A DNA stretch of 64,000 bases, taken from the NCBI GenBank assembly GCA_028713005.1, contig JAQTPC010000001.1, positions 33,414 through 97,413 of the forward strand. The letters run 5' to 3'. The notes below the pieces were generated by a model. That model saw only the letters and a program-made list of their open reading frames with translations. It ran no database searches and had not been told where the DNA came from. Position numbers and translations under genes: made by a program. The stretch comes from Minisyncoccota bacterium (lineage in GTDB: Bacteria; Patescibacteriota; Minisyncoccia; Phycocordibacterales; PALSA-1337). The first letter of the stretch is position 1; each line of letters begins with the position of its first letter. Positions 1-9,646 of this stretch are shown one piece after another.

Positions 1-1283
1 TTTTGATTGAAACGCAAAGTAACCTTGTAAGAGCTAATACCATTTTTGATGGTCTCTGAAGGACTAACAAGGTATACAGAAGCAGGGAAAATAGCACCTG
101 ATCCATATGCATCAAAAGTGATGGTGGCAGGATTTCCTGGATTCATTGAGCCAATAGTGTTCTGAGGTACATATACCTCGATGTTGTAGAGATTCGTATT
201 GATAATGCCAATATTTTCTCCTGCAGATATGCCAGGCACTACTACCTCACCAACTTTCATATTCACATCGGTGATTGTTCCATCAAAAGGAGCCAAGATG
301 TATGTCTGAGATAATGCACTTCGATATGCTTCAACTTGTGCAGATGCCTTTGCCAAGAGAGCAGATTGTGATTGAAGATCTTCGTTTCGAGTACCTGCAT
401 TTTCAAGAGTGAGACTACCGTGTGCACTGCTCCAAGCCGCGTCAGATGCAGTAAATGTATTTGATGCAGCGGTGACTTGCTGTTGAGCTCCGTTCACTGC
501 TGTCATTGCAGTATTTATCATTGACTGAGTCATGCCTGAATTTCCAACTGAAAGGGCGTTAGTGATAGCGCTCAGATGCGTGAGAAATGTTTGGGCAGAT
601 GAAAGGCCGTTACGTGTCATTGCACGTGCAGTGTCTATCGAAGTAGTTGCATTGGTTATGTTTGAAAGAGCAGTTTTCCATGCATCGAGCTTGTCTTTCA
701 CATTTACACGCTCAGCATCGATAGTCATTTGCTGGGTCAAATTTTCGGTACGGATATTGATAGTTGGATTGACGGTGTTTCCATTAAGAAAAAGTGAGTC
801 GGATTTGTTTGTCAAAGCATCAACTGTCTGAAGGTAGGCATTGTTCATCGCTACAGTAAGTGCTGATGAACTATCAGTGTATTTTTGACTGTAGAGGGCT
901 AGTTCTTCAGGTCGGGCGCCACTTTCAAGCTTACTCAACTGTGATTCACTCGCAGAAAGATCAGCGAGCGCTCCATCAAGTTGCGCTTGAATCGTGCCAG
1001 AATCGAGGTGAGCCAAAATATCTCCTTTGTGCACCACATCACCTGAATGTACTCGAACTTCAACGATTTTTCCTTGTGTACTAAAAGAAAGCTCTGATTC
1101 TTGTTCAGCTACGACGCTTCCTGAAGCACGCACAATCTGTGTGATATTACGTCGTGCAACTGGTGCTGTGCTATAGGTTGGCGCATGGCGAGAAAGTACA
1201 TACGTAGTTACGCCGACTGCTACCGCAACCACTGCAATACCGATGCCGAGCCATAATTTGAGTTTTTGATCGTTAGTCTTCAT
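1..1283 (-). CDS. Efflux RND transporter periplasmic adaptor (HlyD/MFP family), 3' end outside window
   Basis: Manual translation from ATG 1283: MKTNDQKLKLWLGIGIAVVAVAVG (TM), then RRNITQIVRASGSVVAEQESELSFSTQGKIVEVRVHSGDVVHKGDILAHLD (lipoyl-like), a coiled coil and 'ILAPFDGTITDV'. Absent from the ORF track because it has no stop in the window. Confidence 0.85.
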   Translation of the reverse strand, partial: MKTNDQKLKLWLGIGIAVVAVAVGVTTYVLSRHAPTYSTAPVARRNITQIVRASGSVVAEQESELSFSTQGKIVEVRVHSGDVVHKGDILAHLDSGTIQAQLDGALADLSASESQLSKLESGARPEELALYSQKYTDSSSALTVAMNNAYLQTVDALTNKSDSLFLNGNTVNPTINIRTENLTQQMTIDAERVNVKDKLDAWKTALSNITNATTSIDTARAMTRNGLSSAQTFLTHLSAITNALSVGNSGMTQSMINTAMTAVNGAQQQVTAASNTFTASDAAWSSAHGSLTLENAGTRNEDLQSQSALLAKASAQVEAYRSALSQTYILAPFDGTITDVNMKVGEVVVPGISAGENIGIINTNLYNIEVYVPQNTIGSMNPGNPATITFDAYGSGAIFPASVYLVSPSETIKNGISSYKVTLRFNQ

Positions 1284-1290
1284 AAGATAT

Positions 1291-1728
1291 TTATTGATTA
1301 TTTTGTAATTTACTCAGTATCCGTGTCAGTTCGATCTGTTCTTCATCTGATAAGACAGAGGCTCGTTGATTGAATGCTTCATAAATCGCTGAGCGGTTCT
1401 TCTCAAATGTTTTCTTGCCTTGAGTAGTGAGTTCTATACGTGTGACTCGACGGTCATCTACATCTTCGTAGCGAGTGACGTCTTTGCTCTCAACGAGACG
1501 ATCGATGATGGCTGTCACTGCAGGGGAGGATATGCCAAGCTCGTCCGCGATATATTTCATCGAAGGATTTTTTTGCTCATACGCAATAGTCATGGTCTTC
1601 ATTTCAAGAAAAGAACATGCGGGGGCCACTGATCGCATTGTCTTGTACATTGAACGAGTGAGTGACACCAGCAATGAAGCAATGTCTGTTGTGCTTGATG
1701 CGCGTTTCGATTTTATGGCTGTAGACAT
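1291..1728 (-). CDS. MarR family transcriptional regulator
   Basis: wHTH IADELGISSPAVTAIIDRLV and DxDDRRVTRIELTTQG; directly upstream of the efflux adaptor. Confidence 0.9.
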   Translation of the reverse strand: MSTAIKSKRASSTTDIASLLVSLTRSMYKTMRSVAPACSFLEMKTMTIAYEQKNPSMKYIADELGISSPAVTAIIDRLVESKDVTRYEDVDDRRVTRIELTTQGKKTFEKNRSAIYEAFNQRASVLSDEEQIELTRILSKLQNNQ

Positions 1729-1742
1729 AGTTATTATGGTGA

Positions 1743-1768
1743 ATAGTTAAGTATGTGAAGTATTATAT
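1743..1768 (-). promoter_or_regulatory. -10 box (TATAAT) and imperfect palindrome ATAGTTAAG-tat-GTGAAGTAT, possible MarR operator
   Basis: 6/9 dyad just downstream of the -10 of marR; MarR proteins typically autoregulate (inference). Confidence 0.35.
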
Positions 1769-1796
1769 CACACCACAAACTAGATGCAACTACTCC

Positions 1797-1826
1797 CAGG
1801 TCCGACCTAGTTCTAGGTCGGACCTG
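1797..1826. repeat. REP-like palindrome CAGGTCCGACCTAG-tt-CTAGGTCGGACCTG
   Basis: Perfect 14-bp arms; same AGGTC[C/G]GACCT core recurs at 5584-5675, 10347-10379 and 14793-14879. Confidence 0.9.
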
Positions 1827-1829
1827 TAA

Positions 1830-2348
1830 CTACAGACGGTACATCGGACGAAAATAGAGCAGGATTATATTTGCAATGCCAAAAACAAGTGAGAGTAGCC
1901 ACGTACCTATACTCACGTTACTAGAGATAACTAGAGCGAATGCTATTACACATAAAATAACGCCGGCTGAATCAATCTTTATCTTTTTTATAAGTAGTTG
2001 TGGGTAAGATATCTTTCCCCAGAGTAAAACGTATTTTGTAACCGCAAGAATAAAAAGACCCGTGACAGTAAGCATGAAAACGAATGGATTATTAAAGTTA
2101 AAAGCAAGAAATAGATACAAGATTACTAAAATAATATCGACAGAATCTTGTAGAAAGTTATGTGCACCCGCGATTGTCGTGAAAAGCCTCATTGAATAGT
2201 ATGTATTGAGTGTAATCGAAGCGTAAAAAATAATAAGAGGCAGAGCAGTTAAAAAATCACTCACAGAAAAGATCAACCCAACAATTCCAGCCAAACTGAG
2301 TAGTACGGTTACACCAACTGTCTTTATGTGTGGGCTAATTTTATTCAT
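1830..2348 (-). CDS. Multi-pass membrane protein, unknown function
   Basis: About 6 hydrophobic segments; last gene of the DedA-GT2-GT2 run. Confidence 0.75.
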   Translation of the reverse strand: MNKISPHIKTVGVTVLLSLAGIVGLIFSVSDFLTALPLIIFYASITLNTYYSMRLFTTIAGAHNFLQDSVDIILVILYLFLAFNFNNPFVFMLTVTGLFILAVTKYVLLWGKISYPQLLIKKIKIDSAGVILCVIAFALVISSNVSIGTWLLSLVFGIANIILLYFRPMYRL

Positions 2349-2352
2349 AGTA

Positions 2353-3087
2353 CTATTTGTTCGTTCGAGACAATTTACGAATATCGGTTGATTTTTTGGT
2401 GAACGGTCGTTTAAAAAGTATTGGCCATAAAAAATTGAGCGCGTACGTGATGTTTGTTTTGATCAATCCCTCTTCACTAAATCGACGGCTCGAGGAATGA
2501 ATAAAGAAACTCATATCAAAAACCACTTTACCGTGTTTGCTCAAACGTCGTGCTATGTCTGTATCCTCACCATAAAAATCAATGCTCTGATCAAAGCCGC
2601 CCATGGCGAGTAGTGCATCTTTGCGAGCGACAAAATTGCCGCCGAGTACCATATAACCAACAATGCGGTATGTAAAAGGTGCAGTTAGCCACCACACTAA
2701 ATGCATGACATTATTTTTCCATTTGATACCGTCATGATAACGGTAAGGACCACTAAGACAAACAGTATTGGGTTGCTCGTTAAATATCTTTTCTACTTTT
2801 GATACCCAATGAGGTGGTAAAAGGGTATCTGCATCGATATAAGCTATGATATCTCCTGTGGATGCTTCGAGGCCACACTGTCGGGCTCTGGTCAGACCCT
2901 TCTTTGATTCATGTACAACTTTTACTCCGGAAACACTCAGTGCGTATTCTCTTGTTTTATCGGTACTCGCATTGTCTACAACAATGATTTCATGAAATTT
3001 TCCATCTGAATGTTTGATGGCAGATTCAAGACATTTCTTGATACATAGCTCTTCATTATATGCAGGTATGATGAGTGAGATTTTCAT
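2353..3087 (-). CDS. Glycosyltransferase family 2
   Basis: ISLIIPAYNEE, VVDNASTD, IDAD (DxD), GGFD...GEDTD. Confidence 0.92.
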   Translation of the reverse strand: MKISLIIPAYNEELCIKKCLESAIKHSDGKFHEIIVVDNASTDKTREYALSVSGVKVVHESKKGLTRARQCGLEASTGDIIAYIDADTLLPPHWVSKVEKIFNEQPNTVCLSGPYRYHDGIKWKNNVMHLVWWLTAPFTYRIVGYMVLGGNFVARKDALLAMGGFDQSIDFYGEDTDIARRLSKHGKVVFDMSFFIHSSSRRFSEEGLIKTNITYALNFLWPILFKRPFTKKSTDIRKLSRTNK

Positions 3088-3091
3088 GTAA

Positions 3092-3832
3092 TTATTTGGC
3101 CTGATCAGATGTTTTTTCCCACCATCGTTCCCAGTTTTTTGCTTTTGCAGTACCGAAAACCATCAGCCAAAAGCTATTCACCATCCAAATTGATAGTAAC
3201 TTCGGCCAACCAAGGGCATGTGCACGACGTCCGCTATGTATAACAACCAATTCGGAATCGTATAATGTTCGACCAATTTTAGATAAACGATGAAAGAGGT
3301 CAGCATCTTCACGGGTGACGAGATCCTCGCGAAATCCGCGTATTTTTTCAAAAGCTTCTCGAGTAACCATTTGAAATTTGCCTGCTGCTTCGCCAGTACG
3401 AAGAATATTATTCTTAATAAAATGTGTGCTATTAAATATAAAATACATTAGCCGGTCGCCCCACGTGCGTGTTTCAGGGTATACGTTGAGTTTGGCGGTC
3501 AATCCAACAAGATTAGGTATAGACCTAAAATCATCAAGTGCACAGGTGAAGAATGCATCAGGATTCTCGATCAAACAACTACTGTCGATGAATACCAAAA
3601 AATCTCCCTGAGCAATTTTTGCTCCTGCATTTCTATTTGCTGCTATCGTCGTGTGCTTTTCACTTGGCACGAGCACATTTTTTGTATACTTTCGAGCAAT
3701 AGAAACTGTATTATCAATACTTTTATCGTCAGTTACAATTATCTCGTGAGGAATCTTCAACAATGAAAGATTTTCTAAGGTTTTTCCCAGATATTTTTCT
3801 TCATTATATGTAGGTATGATAATTGAAATCAT
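3092..3832 (-). CDS. Glycosyltransferase family 2
   Basis: ISIIIPTYNEE, TDDKSIDNT, RNAGA, REDAD; DxD is altered to DSS. Confidence 0.9.
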   Translation of the reverse strand: MISIIIPTYNEEKYLGKTLENLSLLKIPHEIIVTDDKSIDNTVSIARKYTKNVLVPSEKHTTIAANRNAGAKIAQGDFLVFIDSSCLIENPDAFFTCALDDFRSIPNLVGLTAKLNVYPETRTWGDRLMYFIFNSTHFIKNNILRTGEAAGKFQMVTREAFEKIRGFREDLVTREDADLFHRLSKIGRTLYDSELVVIHSGRRAHALGWPKLLSIWMVNSFWLMVFGTAKAKNWERWWEKTSDQAK

Positions 3833-3848
3833 GTTTATGAGATATAGC

Positions 3849-4463
3849 TTACAATGACTGTGCTTTGTTTTTTAATTTTTTGAAATATCGATAACCAATA
3901 TATGCGAGAACGAGCAAGCCGACTGTTAGTGTAATCTTCCCAAGAACATTATCGATGGTGACATATAGATTACTAAAGAAATATCCAGCGCCGAGGAGGA
4001 AACCAGTCCATATGAGTTGACCGATCATGTTTACCAGGATATATCTTCCAAAAGGAATTTTAACCATACCTGCTGTCATCAGAGTGACAATGGCAAAACC
4101 AAGTCCGTTTGATATTTTCGAAAGAAAGAGGACGACATGTTTATGCTTATGAAATAGTCGCGTCATACGCTCTACGCCAGCCTCAGTGATACTGAAACGA
4201 TGTCCATGCTTTCCGATAAATGAATGACCGTACCTACGGCCAATGTAATACCAGATCACATCACCTACGAGATCGCCAATCATAAGTGCGATGTATATAG
4301 GCCAGAAGAAAAAGAAACCGAGACGGAGCAGAACACCGAGAATAAGAGATATCCATGGACCTTCGGCACATGCAATCACTGCAACGGCAATATAGACGAG
4401 ATAATCATGAGTCACACCGAAACCAATAATCCAGTTTGCTATGTCGGGTAGGGACTGATTCAT
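3849..4463 (-). CDS. DedA family (VTT domain) membrane protein
   Basis: GDLVGDVIWYYIGRRYG, AGMVKIPFGRY; start moved to ATG 4463 (MNQSLPD), below a TG-TACAAT -10. Confidence 0.88.
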   Translation of the reverse strand: MNQSLPDIANWIIGFGVTHDYLVYIAVAVIACAEGPWISLILGVLLRLGFFFFWPIYIALMIGDLVGDVIWYYIGRRYGHSFIGKHGHRFSITEAGVERMTRLFHKHKHVVLFLSKISNGLGFAIVTLMTAGMVKIPFGRYILVNMIGQLIWTGFLLGAGYFFSNLYVTIDNVLGKITLTVGLLVLAYIGYRYFKKLKNKAQSL

Positions 4464-4516
4464 GTGTAATTCAGATTGTACCACGATTTTATGCCCATTT
4501 ATGTTATATTGTTTTT

Positions 4517-5587
4517 ATGTATAAAAAACTCCTTAAGCCGATTTTATTCCGTTTTGACCCAGAAACGGTGCACGACTTCTTTACGTGGACAGGAGAATTG
4601 CTCGGTAGGTCCGCTTTAACACGTTTTGTGGTAGCAAAGGTGTACGGTTACACTGGAAAAAATATTTCAAAAACAGTTGATGGTGTCACCTATAAAACAC
4701 CAATTCTTCTTTCTGCAGGCTTTGACTACAATGGCCGACTTGCGCAGATTTTGCCTCATATTAGTTTTGGTGGAGAAGAGGTGGGCTCAGTCACGGCGAG
4801 ACCATGTGAGGGAAATCCAAAGCCTCGTTTGACTCGATTGCCTCAGTCAAAGAGTATTATTGTGAACAAAGGATTGAGGAATGAGGGAGTCGATAAAGTA
4901 ATTGAGCGCTTAAAACAGAGAATTCCGAGATTTAATAACCAAGTAACAATAACCAATGATCAAAAAAAGGTAGATTTTGTAGTCGGTATCTCTATCGCAC
5001 GAACGAATGATGAGAAATCAGCTGCGTCAGTGCAGGCAGGCACTGATGATTACGTATATTCGTTTAAGAGGCTCAATGAGGAAAATGTCGGTGACTATTA
5101 TACGATCAATATATCGTGCCCGAATGCTTTTGGTGGCGAAACGTTTGCTAAACCTGAGCTGTTGGGCCAGCTTTTGCCTGCACTCATGAAGATTCCGTGC
5201 ACAAAGCCTGTATACGTGAAGATGCCCATCAATATTCCGTGGGATCATTTTGCACAACTCCTCAAAATAATTGATGAAAATAAATTGCACGGTGTTGTCA
5301 TTGGTAACTTAAATAAAGACTATAGCTGGCTTGATGTTCGTGAAGAGGCTCCAAAAGAATACGTTGGTGGACTTTCTGGTAAGCCTTGCACCCACCCTTC
5401 GACTGACTTAATCAGAAAAACAAAAGAAGTATATGGAGATCGATTCACCATCATCGGTGTAGGAGGCATCATGTCTCCAGAGACTGCTCGGGAGAAGTTT
5501 GAAGCTGGTGCAGATCTGATACAGCTCATCACGGGTATGATCTATGAGGGGCCAGGGTTGGTAAGGAAAATTGCGAAAAGTTGCTAG
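4517..5587 (+). CDS. pyrD: Quinone-dependent dihydroorotate dehydrogenase (class 2)
   Basis: MYKKLLKPILFRFDPETVH, GSVTARPCEGNPKPRL, INISCPN, GGLSGKP, IIGVGGI, GADLIQLITGMIYEGP. Confidence 0.95.
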   Translation: MYKKLLKPILFRFDPETVHDFFTWTGELLGRSALTRFVVAKVYGYTGKNISKTVDGVTYKTPILLSAGFDYNGRLAQILPHISFGGEEVGSVTARPCEGNPKPRLTRLPQSKSIIVNKGLRNEGVDKVIERLKQRIPRFNNQVTITNDQKKVDFVVGISIARTNDEKSAASVQAGTDDYVYSFKRLNEENVGDYYTINISCPNAFGGETFAKPELLGQLLPALMKIPCTKPVYVKMPINIPWDHFAQLLKIIDENKLHGVVIGNLNKDYSWLDVREEAPKEYVGGLSGKPCTHPSTDLIRKTKEVYGDRFTIIGVGGIMSPETAREKFEAGADLIQLITGMIYEGPGLVRKIAKSC

Positions 5588-5675
5588 GTCCGACCTGTAA
5601 GCAACGTGTTTACTTAACGAAATGATGATTTTTTTAACAGGTCCGACCTGGTTCTAGGTCGGACCTGTTAAAAAA
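5584..5675. repeat. Composite REP/BIME-like element (3 AGGTCSGACCT units plus conserved linker)
   Basis: Near-identical to the reverse complement of 14793-14879; supplies the TAG stop of pyrD. Confidence 0.88.
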
Positions 5676-5724
5676 GCGACCACGTGGTGAAGGTGGTCGC
5701 GATTGTGTGTTGATGTATGAAAAC

Positions 5725-6225
5725 TTAGTGATGATTGCACTGATGATGATCAGGGCGACGATAACGCTCGCTTCGTTGTTGTGTGCGCAAGAGGCGTTTC
5801 TCAAGCTTAAGACCGTTGCGGTGAGCGTGGCCCTGGAGCTTACGCTTGAAACGATGGAGCGACGTCTTGAGATAGGTTGTTATTTTCCGGAACAGTTCAC
5901 CCATAGTTTGGCCGTGGTAGATTTTGATGGAGTGAATTTGTTTTCCTCTCCATGAGGCCAAAGAATCCCTGTCAGCAAACTGCGTGTAGATAGCCATCTT
6001 GGTGCTCTCGACTCGCAGGGGCACAAACTCCTCTTTACCACCTTCTTCGAGAGTCACCAGAAAGGTGATTCCAGACTTGCGCTTCATGCGAGCCGCGGCT
6101 GCTGCGAACCCTTTGAAGGGAATATTGAGTTTCTCACTCATATTCTTGATGTGGTTCAACATGTTTTCAACCACGTATATGGGCTCCATGCGCGGATCGA
6201 TAACTTCATCTAATGTGATTTCCAT
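5725..6225 (-). CDS. Hypothetical protein (orphan, basic C-terminus)
   Basis: 166-aa ORF, SD AAAAGGAG, hairpin GCGACCAC/GTGGTCGC at 5676-5700 downstream. Confidence 0.65.
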   Translation of the reverse strand: MEITLDEVIDPRMEPIYVVENMLNHIKNMSEKLNIPFKGFAAAAARMKRKSGITFLVTLEEGGKEEFVPLRVESTKMAIYTQFADRDSLASWRGKQIHSIKIYHGQTMGELFRKITTYLKTSLHRFKRKLQGHAHRNGLKLEKRLLRTQQRSERYRRPDHHQCNHH

Positions 6226-6375
6226 TTCGAACTCCTTTTGTTAGTTGTTTGCAGAACTTACTCCGAATTTGATTATTCTCCTTTATTGTTGAAATGTAAA
6301 GGGTGGCTGTGCATATCATTATGATATACTAGAGCACGTAATCCTTACCCATTAAATTCATTCACTTTTTATCAC

Positions 6376-7407
6376 ATGAAAAAAATCCGCGTCGCTATCA
6401 ATGGTTTCGGTCGCATCGGTCGTGCTTTCGCCAAAATCGCTAAAAACCGCGATGAGATCGAGCTCGTCGCTATCAATGATCTTGGTAGTATCAAAAATTT
6501 TGCGTATCTCCTCAAATACGACACAGCGTACGGTGTCAGTCCATTCGATGTCACTGCTGATGAGACAAAAGGCATACTCAGTATCGATGGTCATGATGTT
6601 CAGTACATCTCTGAAAAGGATCCAACCAAGCTTCCATGGAAATCAATGGATATTGATGTAGTTATCGAGTGTACAGGCCTCTTCACCTCTGCTGAAAAGG
6701 CTCAAGCTCATATCAATGCTGGCGCAAAGCGCGTAGTTGTTTCAGCTCCTATAAAGGATGAGGCAGGTTCAGCGTACAAGGGTGAGACTATTCTGATGGC
6801 AATGAATGAAAACAAGCTTGAGACATGCACGGTATCATCAAATGCCTCATGTACGACAAACGCTTCAAGTCCACTTATCGCTATTCTCGATGAAACTATT
6901 GGTATTCACAAAGCTATTTTGAATACGGTTCATGCGTATACTGCTTCACAAGCTCTCGTTGATGGTCCAAGCAAGAAAGACCTCCGTGAAGGCCGTGCGG
7001 CAGCTCAGAACATCGTTCCTTCTTCGACCGGTGCGGCCATCGCTGTCACCAAGGTTGCCACACAGCTTGAAAATAAGTTTGACGGTATCTCTATCCGTGT
7101 ACCAGTCGTTACCGGATCTATTGTGGACGTGACATTTGTTGCAAAGAGAAAGACGTCAGCTGAGGAAGTAAACTCAATTCTCAAGAAAGCAGCTGCGGAA
7201 GCACGCTGGAATGGTATTTTTGCGGTGACTGAAGAACCTCTTGTATCACATGACATTGTCGGCAACCGTCATGCATCTATAGCTGACCTTGAGATGACAC
7301 GTGTTGTTGATGGAGATCTCGTGAAGGTGCTGGCGTGGTATGACAATGAGACAGGGTATACGTATACGTTGGTTGATCATGTGATCAAGGCAGGGAGGTT
7401 GGTTTAA
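6376..7407 (+). CDS. gap: Glyceraldehyde-3-phosphate dehydrogenase type I
   Basis: VAINGFGRIGR, SNASCTTN, NIVPSSTGAA, AWYDNE. Confidence 0.98.
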   Translation: MKKIRVAINGFGRIGRAFAKIAKNRDEIELVAINDLGSIKNFAYLLKYDTAYGVSPFDVTADETKGILSIDGHDVQYISEKDPTKLPWKSMDIDVVIECTGLFTSAEKAQAHINAGAKRVVVSAPIKDEAGSAYKGETILMAMNENKLETCTVSSNASCTTNASSPLIAILDETIGIHKAILNTVHAYTASQALVDGPSKKDLREGRAAAQNIVPSSTGAAIAVTKVATQLENKFDGISIRVPVVTGSIVDVTFVAKRKTSAEEVNSILKKAAAEARWNGIFAVTEEPLVSHDIVGNRHASIADLEMTRVVDGDLVKVLAWYDNETGYTYTLVDHVIKAGRLV

Positions 7408-7416
7408 ATCAAAACA

Positions 7417-7848
7417 ATGAATAAAATATATTTACTTATTTGCGTAGTTATCGTACTAATTTTAGTTGGCAGCTGCTTTCTTTATCAAAACTATTCATCT
7501 GACTGGAAAAATTATTTTGAAAATGGAATGAAGACAAATATTGTTTATCCTGCTGGATGGCAGGTAATTGGTGTGACCACATTCGCTTCGCCAACATCCA
7601 CTAGAGAAGCATATACAGCATTTTTACCACCCCACCACACAGCGATAGATATCGATACCGTATTCATGCTTTTCGCTCATGACTGTACGGTTATTAAGTC
7701 ACCAGTAAAATGTACTGGCGGCAGGAGCATGGAAGACAAAAATTCAGGTAGTAACGTCTTTTATACCTACAGTAACAATAAAGACATATTGGATATGTTT
7801 GACTCTATTGTTTCAAAAAATAAACTTAGTCAAGTATTTGAGAACTAA
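7417..7848 (+). CDS. Hypothetical exported/membrane-anchored protein
   Basis: N-terminal TM, WKNY...IVYPAGW motif, AT-rich. Confidence 0.6.
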   Translation: MNKIYLLICVVIVLILVGSCFLYQNYSSDWKNYFENGMKTNIVYPAGWQVIGVTTFASPTSTREAYTAFLPPHHTAIDIDTVFMLFAHDCTVIKSPVKCTGGRSMEDKNSGSNVFYTYSNNKDILDMFDSIVSKNKLSQVFEN

Positions 7849-7862
7849 AATCAATTTGTTCT

Positions 7863-8192
7863 ATGGTCCCCTCAAACAAACCTATCATCAAATACGCCTT
7901 CATAAATGCCTCATTGATGTCTTTGTACGTCATTGTTATAGGCAGTTTCTTTCACTTTGCACCGGTGATATTTGGTGGGCAAAATAAACCTGACACGGTA
8001 TTTATCCCTATTGCCATGCTCCTGTTGTTTGTCTTTTCAGCAACACTCAGTGGCACCATCGTCCTCGGCAGACCAATACTTTGGTATCTCGACGGTAAAA
8101 AGAAAGAGGCTGTGATGCTCTTTTCTTACACACTATCATTACTTTTTGTCGCCATGAGCCTTGTATTCATTGTAATGGCACTATTTAGATAA
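7863..8192 (+). CDS. Small membrane protein (3 TM)
   Basis: LLLFVFSA...VLGRPILWYLDGKKKEA. Confidence 0.75.
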   Translation: MVPSNKPIIKYAFINASLMSLYVIVIGSFFHFAPVIFGGQNKPDTVFIPIAMLLLFVFSATLSGTIVLGRPILWYLDGKKKEAVMLFSYTLSLLFVAMSLVFIVMALFR

Positions 8193-8213
8193 TTAGTCAG
8201 ATAATACATTTCA

Positions 8214-8516
8214 ATGGCTTCATACAACAAACTTGTTCGAGATAAGATACCTGAGATACTCGACAAAAAGGGTGTCTCGTATGAAAAGAGGATAGCTGAT
8301 GATGCTGAATTCAAGGCTGAGCTTATAAAAAAGCTCACCGAAGAATGTGCTGAATTTGCGGAAGCAGGTGACCTTAATGAACTTGCTGATGTACTCGAAG
8401 TCATCAGCGCACTCAAAACCTTACCTGAATATACAGATGTTCTGGATGTACAAGATAAAAAACGCCTTGAACGTGGAGGTTTCGCACAAAAGATTATTTT
8501 GAAAGGGGAAAAATAG
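8214..8516 (+). CDS. MazG-like all-alpha nucleoside triphosphate pyrophosphohydrolase
   Basis: YNKLVRDKIPEI, KLTEECAEF, ELADVLEV, KRLERGGF. Confidence 0.85.
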   Translation: MASYNKLVRDKIPEILDKKGVSYEKRIADDAEFKAELIKKLTEECAEFAEAGDLNELADVLEVISALKTLPEYTDVLDVQDKKRLERGGFAQKIILKGEK

Positions 8517-8603
8517 TGTTTTAGGGTTTCTTGAGAAATTCTTCATCATTTCTTTATCTCGGTCTGATACACTTGTTGCATTAGAATTTTAGGAATACAA
8601 TAA

Positions 8604-9161
8604 ATGCACACGATGACCACTTCAAACTACAATTTTGTCACCCAAGATGAGTTCAATGCCCACTCATTTCATGTTGATCAGAAATTCAACGATCTGACTG
8701 AGATCATGCTGGGTGAATTTGATAAGATGCATGAGAGATTTGAGCGAAATGACACCAAATTTACTTCTGTTGAAATTCAATTTAAGGCAATTGATAAAAG
8801 ATTTGTTGGTATCGAAGGTCACTTTACAGGTATTGATGCGCGACTCGATTCGATTGATACGAAGATTGGTACTTTAGAAAAAGATATGAAGGATGTGAAG
8901 CTTCACATGAAAAATACAAATAAGAGACTTACTTCTCTTGAGGATAAGTTTGAAGTTCTGGACCAGAAAATGGATACCGTCTTCGATAAACTCAGTAACC
9001 ACGATGAGAAATTTGATCAGATGATGTCTAGATTGAGCAAGCATGACGAGAAATTTAATCAAATAATGCTAGAACTGAGTAGTCACGATAAGAAATTCAG
9101 TCAAATAATGACAAAGCTCGATACACACAGCAAGCAATTAGATGCTATAATCGCAAAATGA
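8604..9161 (+). CDS. Coiled-coil protein with heptad and 14-aa tandem repeats
   Basis: Repeats LSNHDEKFDQMMSR / LSKHDEKFNQIMLE / LSSHDKKFSQIMTK. Confidence 0.75.
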   Translation: MHTMTTSNYNFVTQDEFNAHSFHVDQKFNDLTEIMLGEFDKMHERFERNDTKFTSVEIQFKAIDKRFVGIEGHFTGIDARLDSIDTKIGTLEKDMKDVKLHMKNTNKRLTSLEDKFEVLDQKMDTVFDKLSNHDEKFDQMMSRLSKHDEKFNQIMLELSSHDKKFSQIMTKLDTHSKQLDAIIAK

Positions 9162-9619
9162 AAACTCACCCTATTATTTTGGCCGCTGATCATGCTGGCT
9201 ACAAGCTCAAAGAAGAGATAAAGGTCTTTTTACAGGCAAAAGGATTCAAGATTGACGATATGGGCGCACATGCCTTTGTTGAAGACGATGATTATCCATA
9301 CTTCATGACTCAAGCAGCGCTTCGTATCGCTCAGGATTCCAGCGGTTTTGCTCGTGCCATCATCTTTGGCAAGTCTGGCCAAGGTGAGGCTATGGTCGCT
9401 AACCGTTTTCCGGGTGTTCGCGCAGCAGTGTACTACGGCGGCCCTCACGATATTTTGAAGCTCTCTCGTGAACATAACAATGCCAACATTCTCTCTATCG
9501 GTGCCGGCTTTGTCAGTGAGACAGAGGCGCAAGAGGCTATCATCCAGTGGTTAGAAACCCCATTTTCACATGAAGAAAAGCACCAGCGTCGTATCATCGA
9601 GATCGATTCGATAGAATAG
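9158..9619 (+). CDS. rpiB: Ribose-5-phosphate isomerase B
   Basis: ADHAGYKLK, DDYP, GKSGQGEAMVANR (Glu-type active site), REHNNAN. Confidence 0.92.
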   Translation: MKTHPIILAADHAGYKLKEEIKVFLQAKGFKIDDMGAHAFVEDDDYPYFMTQAALRIAQDSSGFARAIIFGKSGQGEAMVANRFPGVRAAVYYGGPHDILKLSREHNNANILSIGAGFVSETEAQEAIIQWLETPFSHEEKHQRRIIEIDSIE

Positions 9620-9646
9620 TTCGTCGATCCATGCTACATTTTTGAT

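Noticed and set aside
532-1084. Plus-strand ORFs 532-831 and 860-1084
   Set aside because: Antisense shadows of the minus-strand RND adaptor gene.
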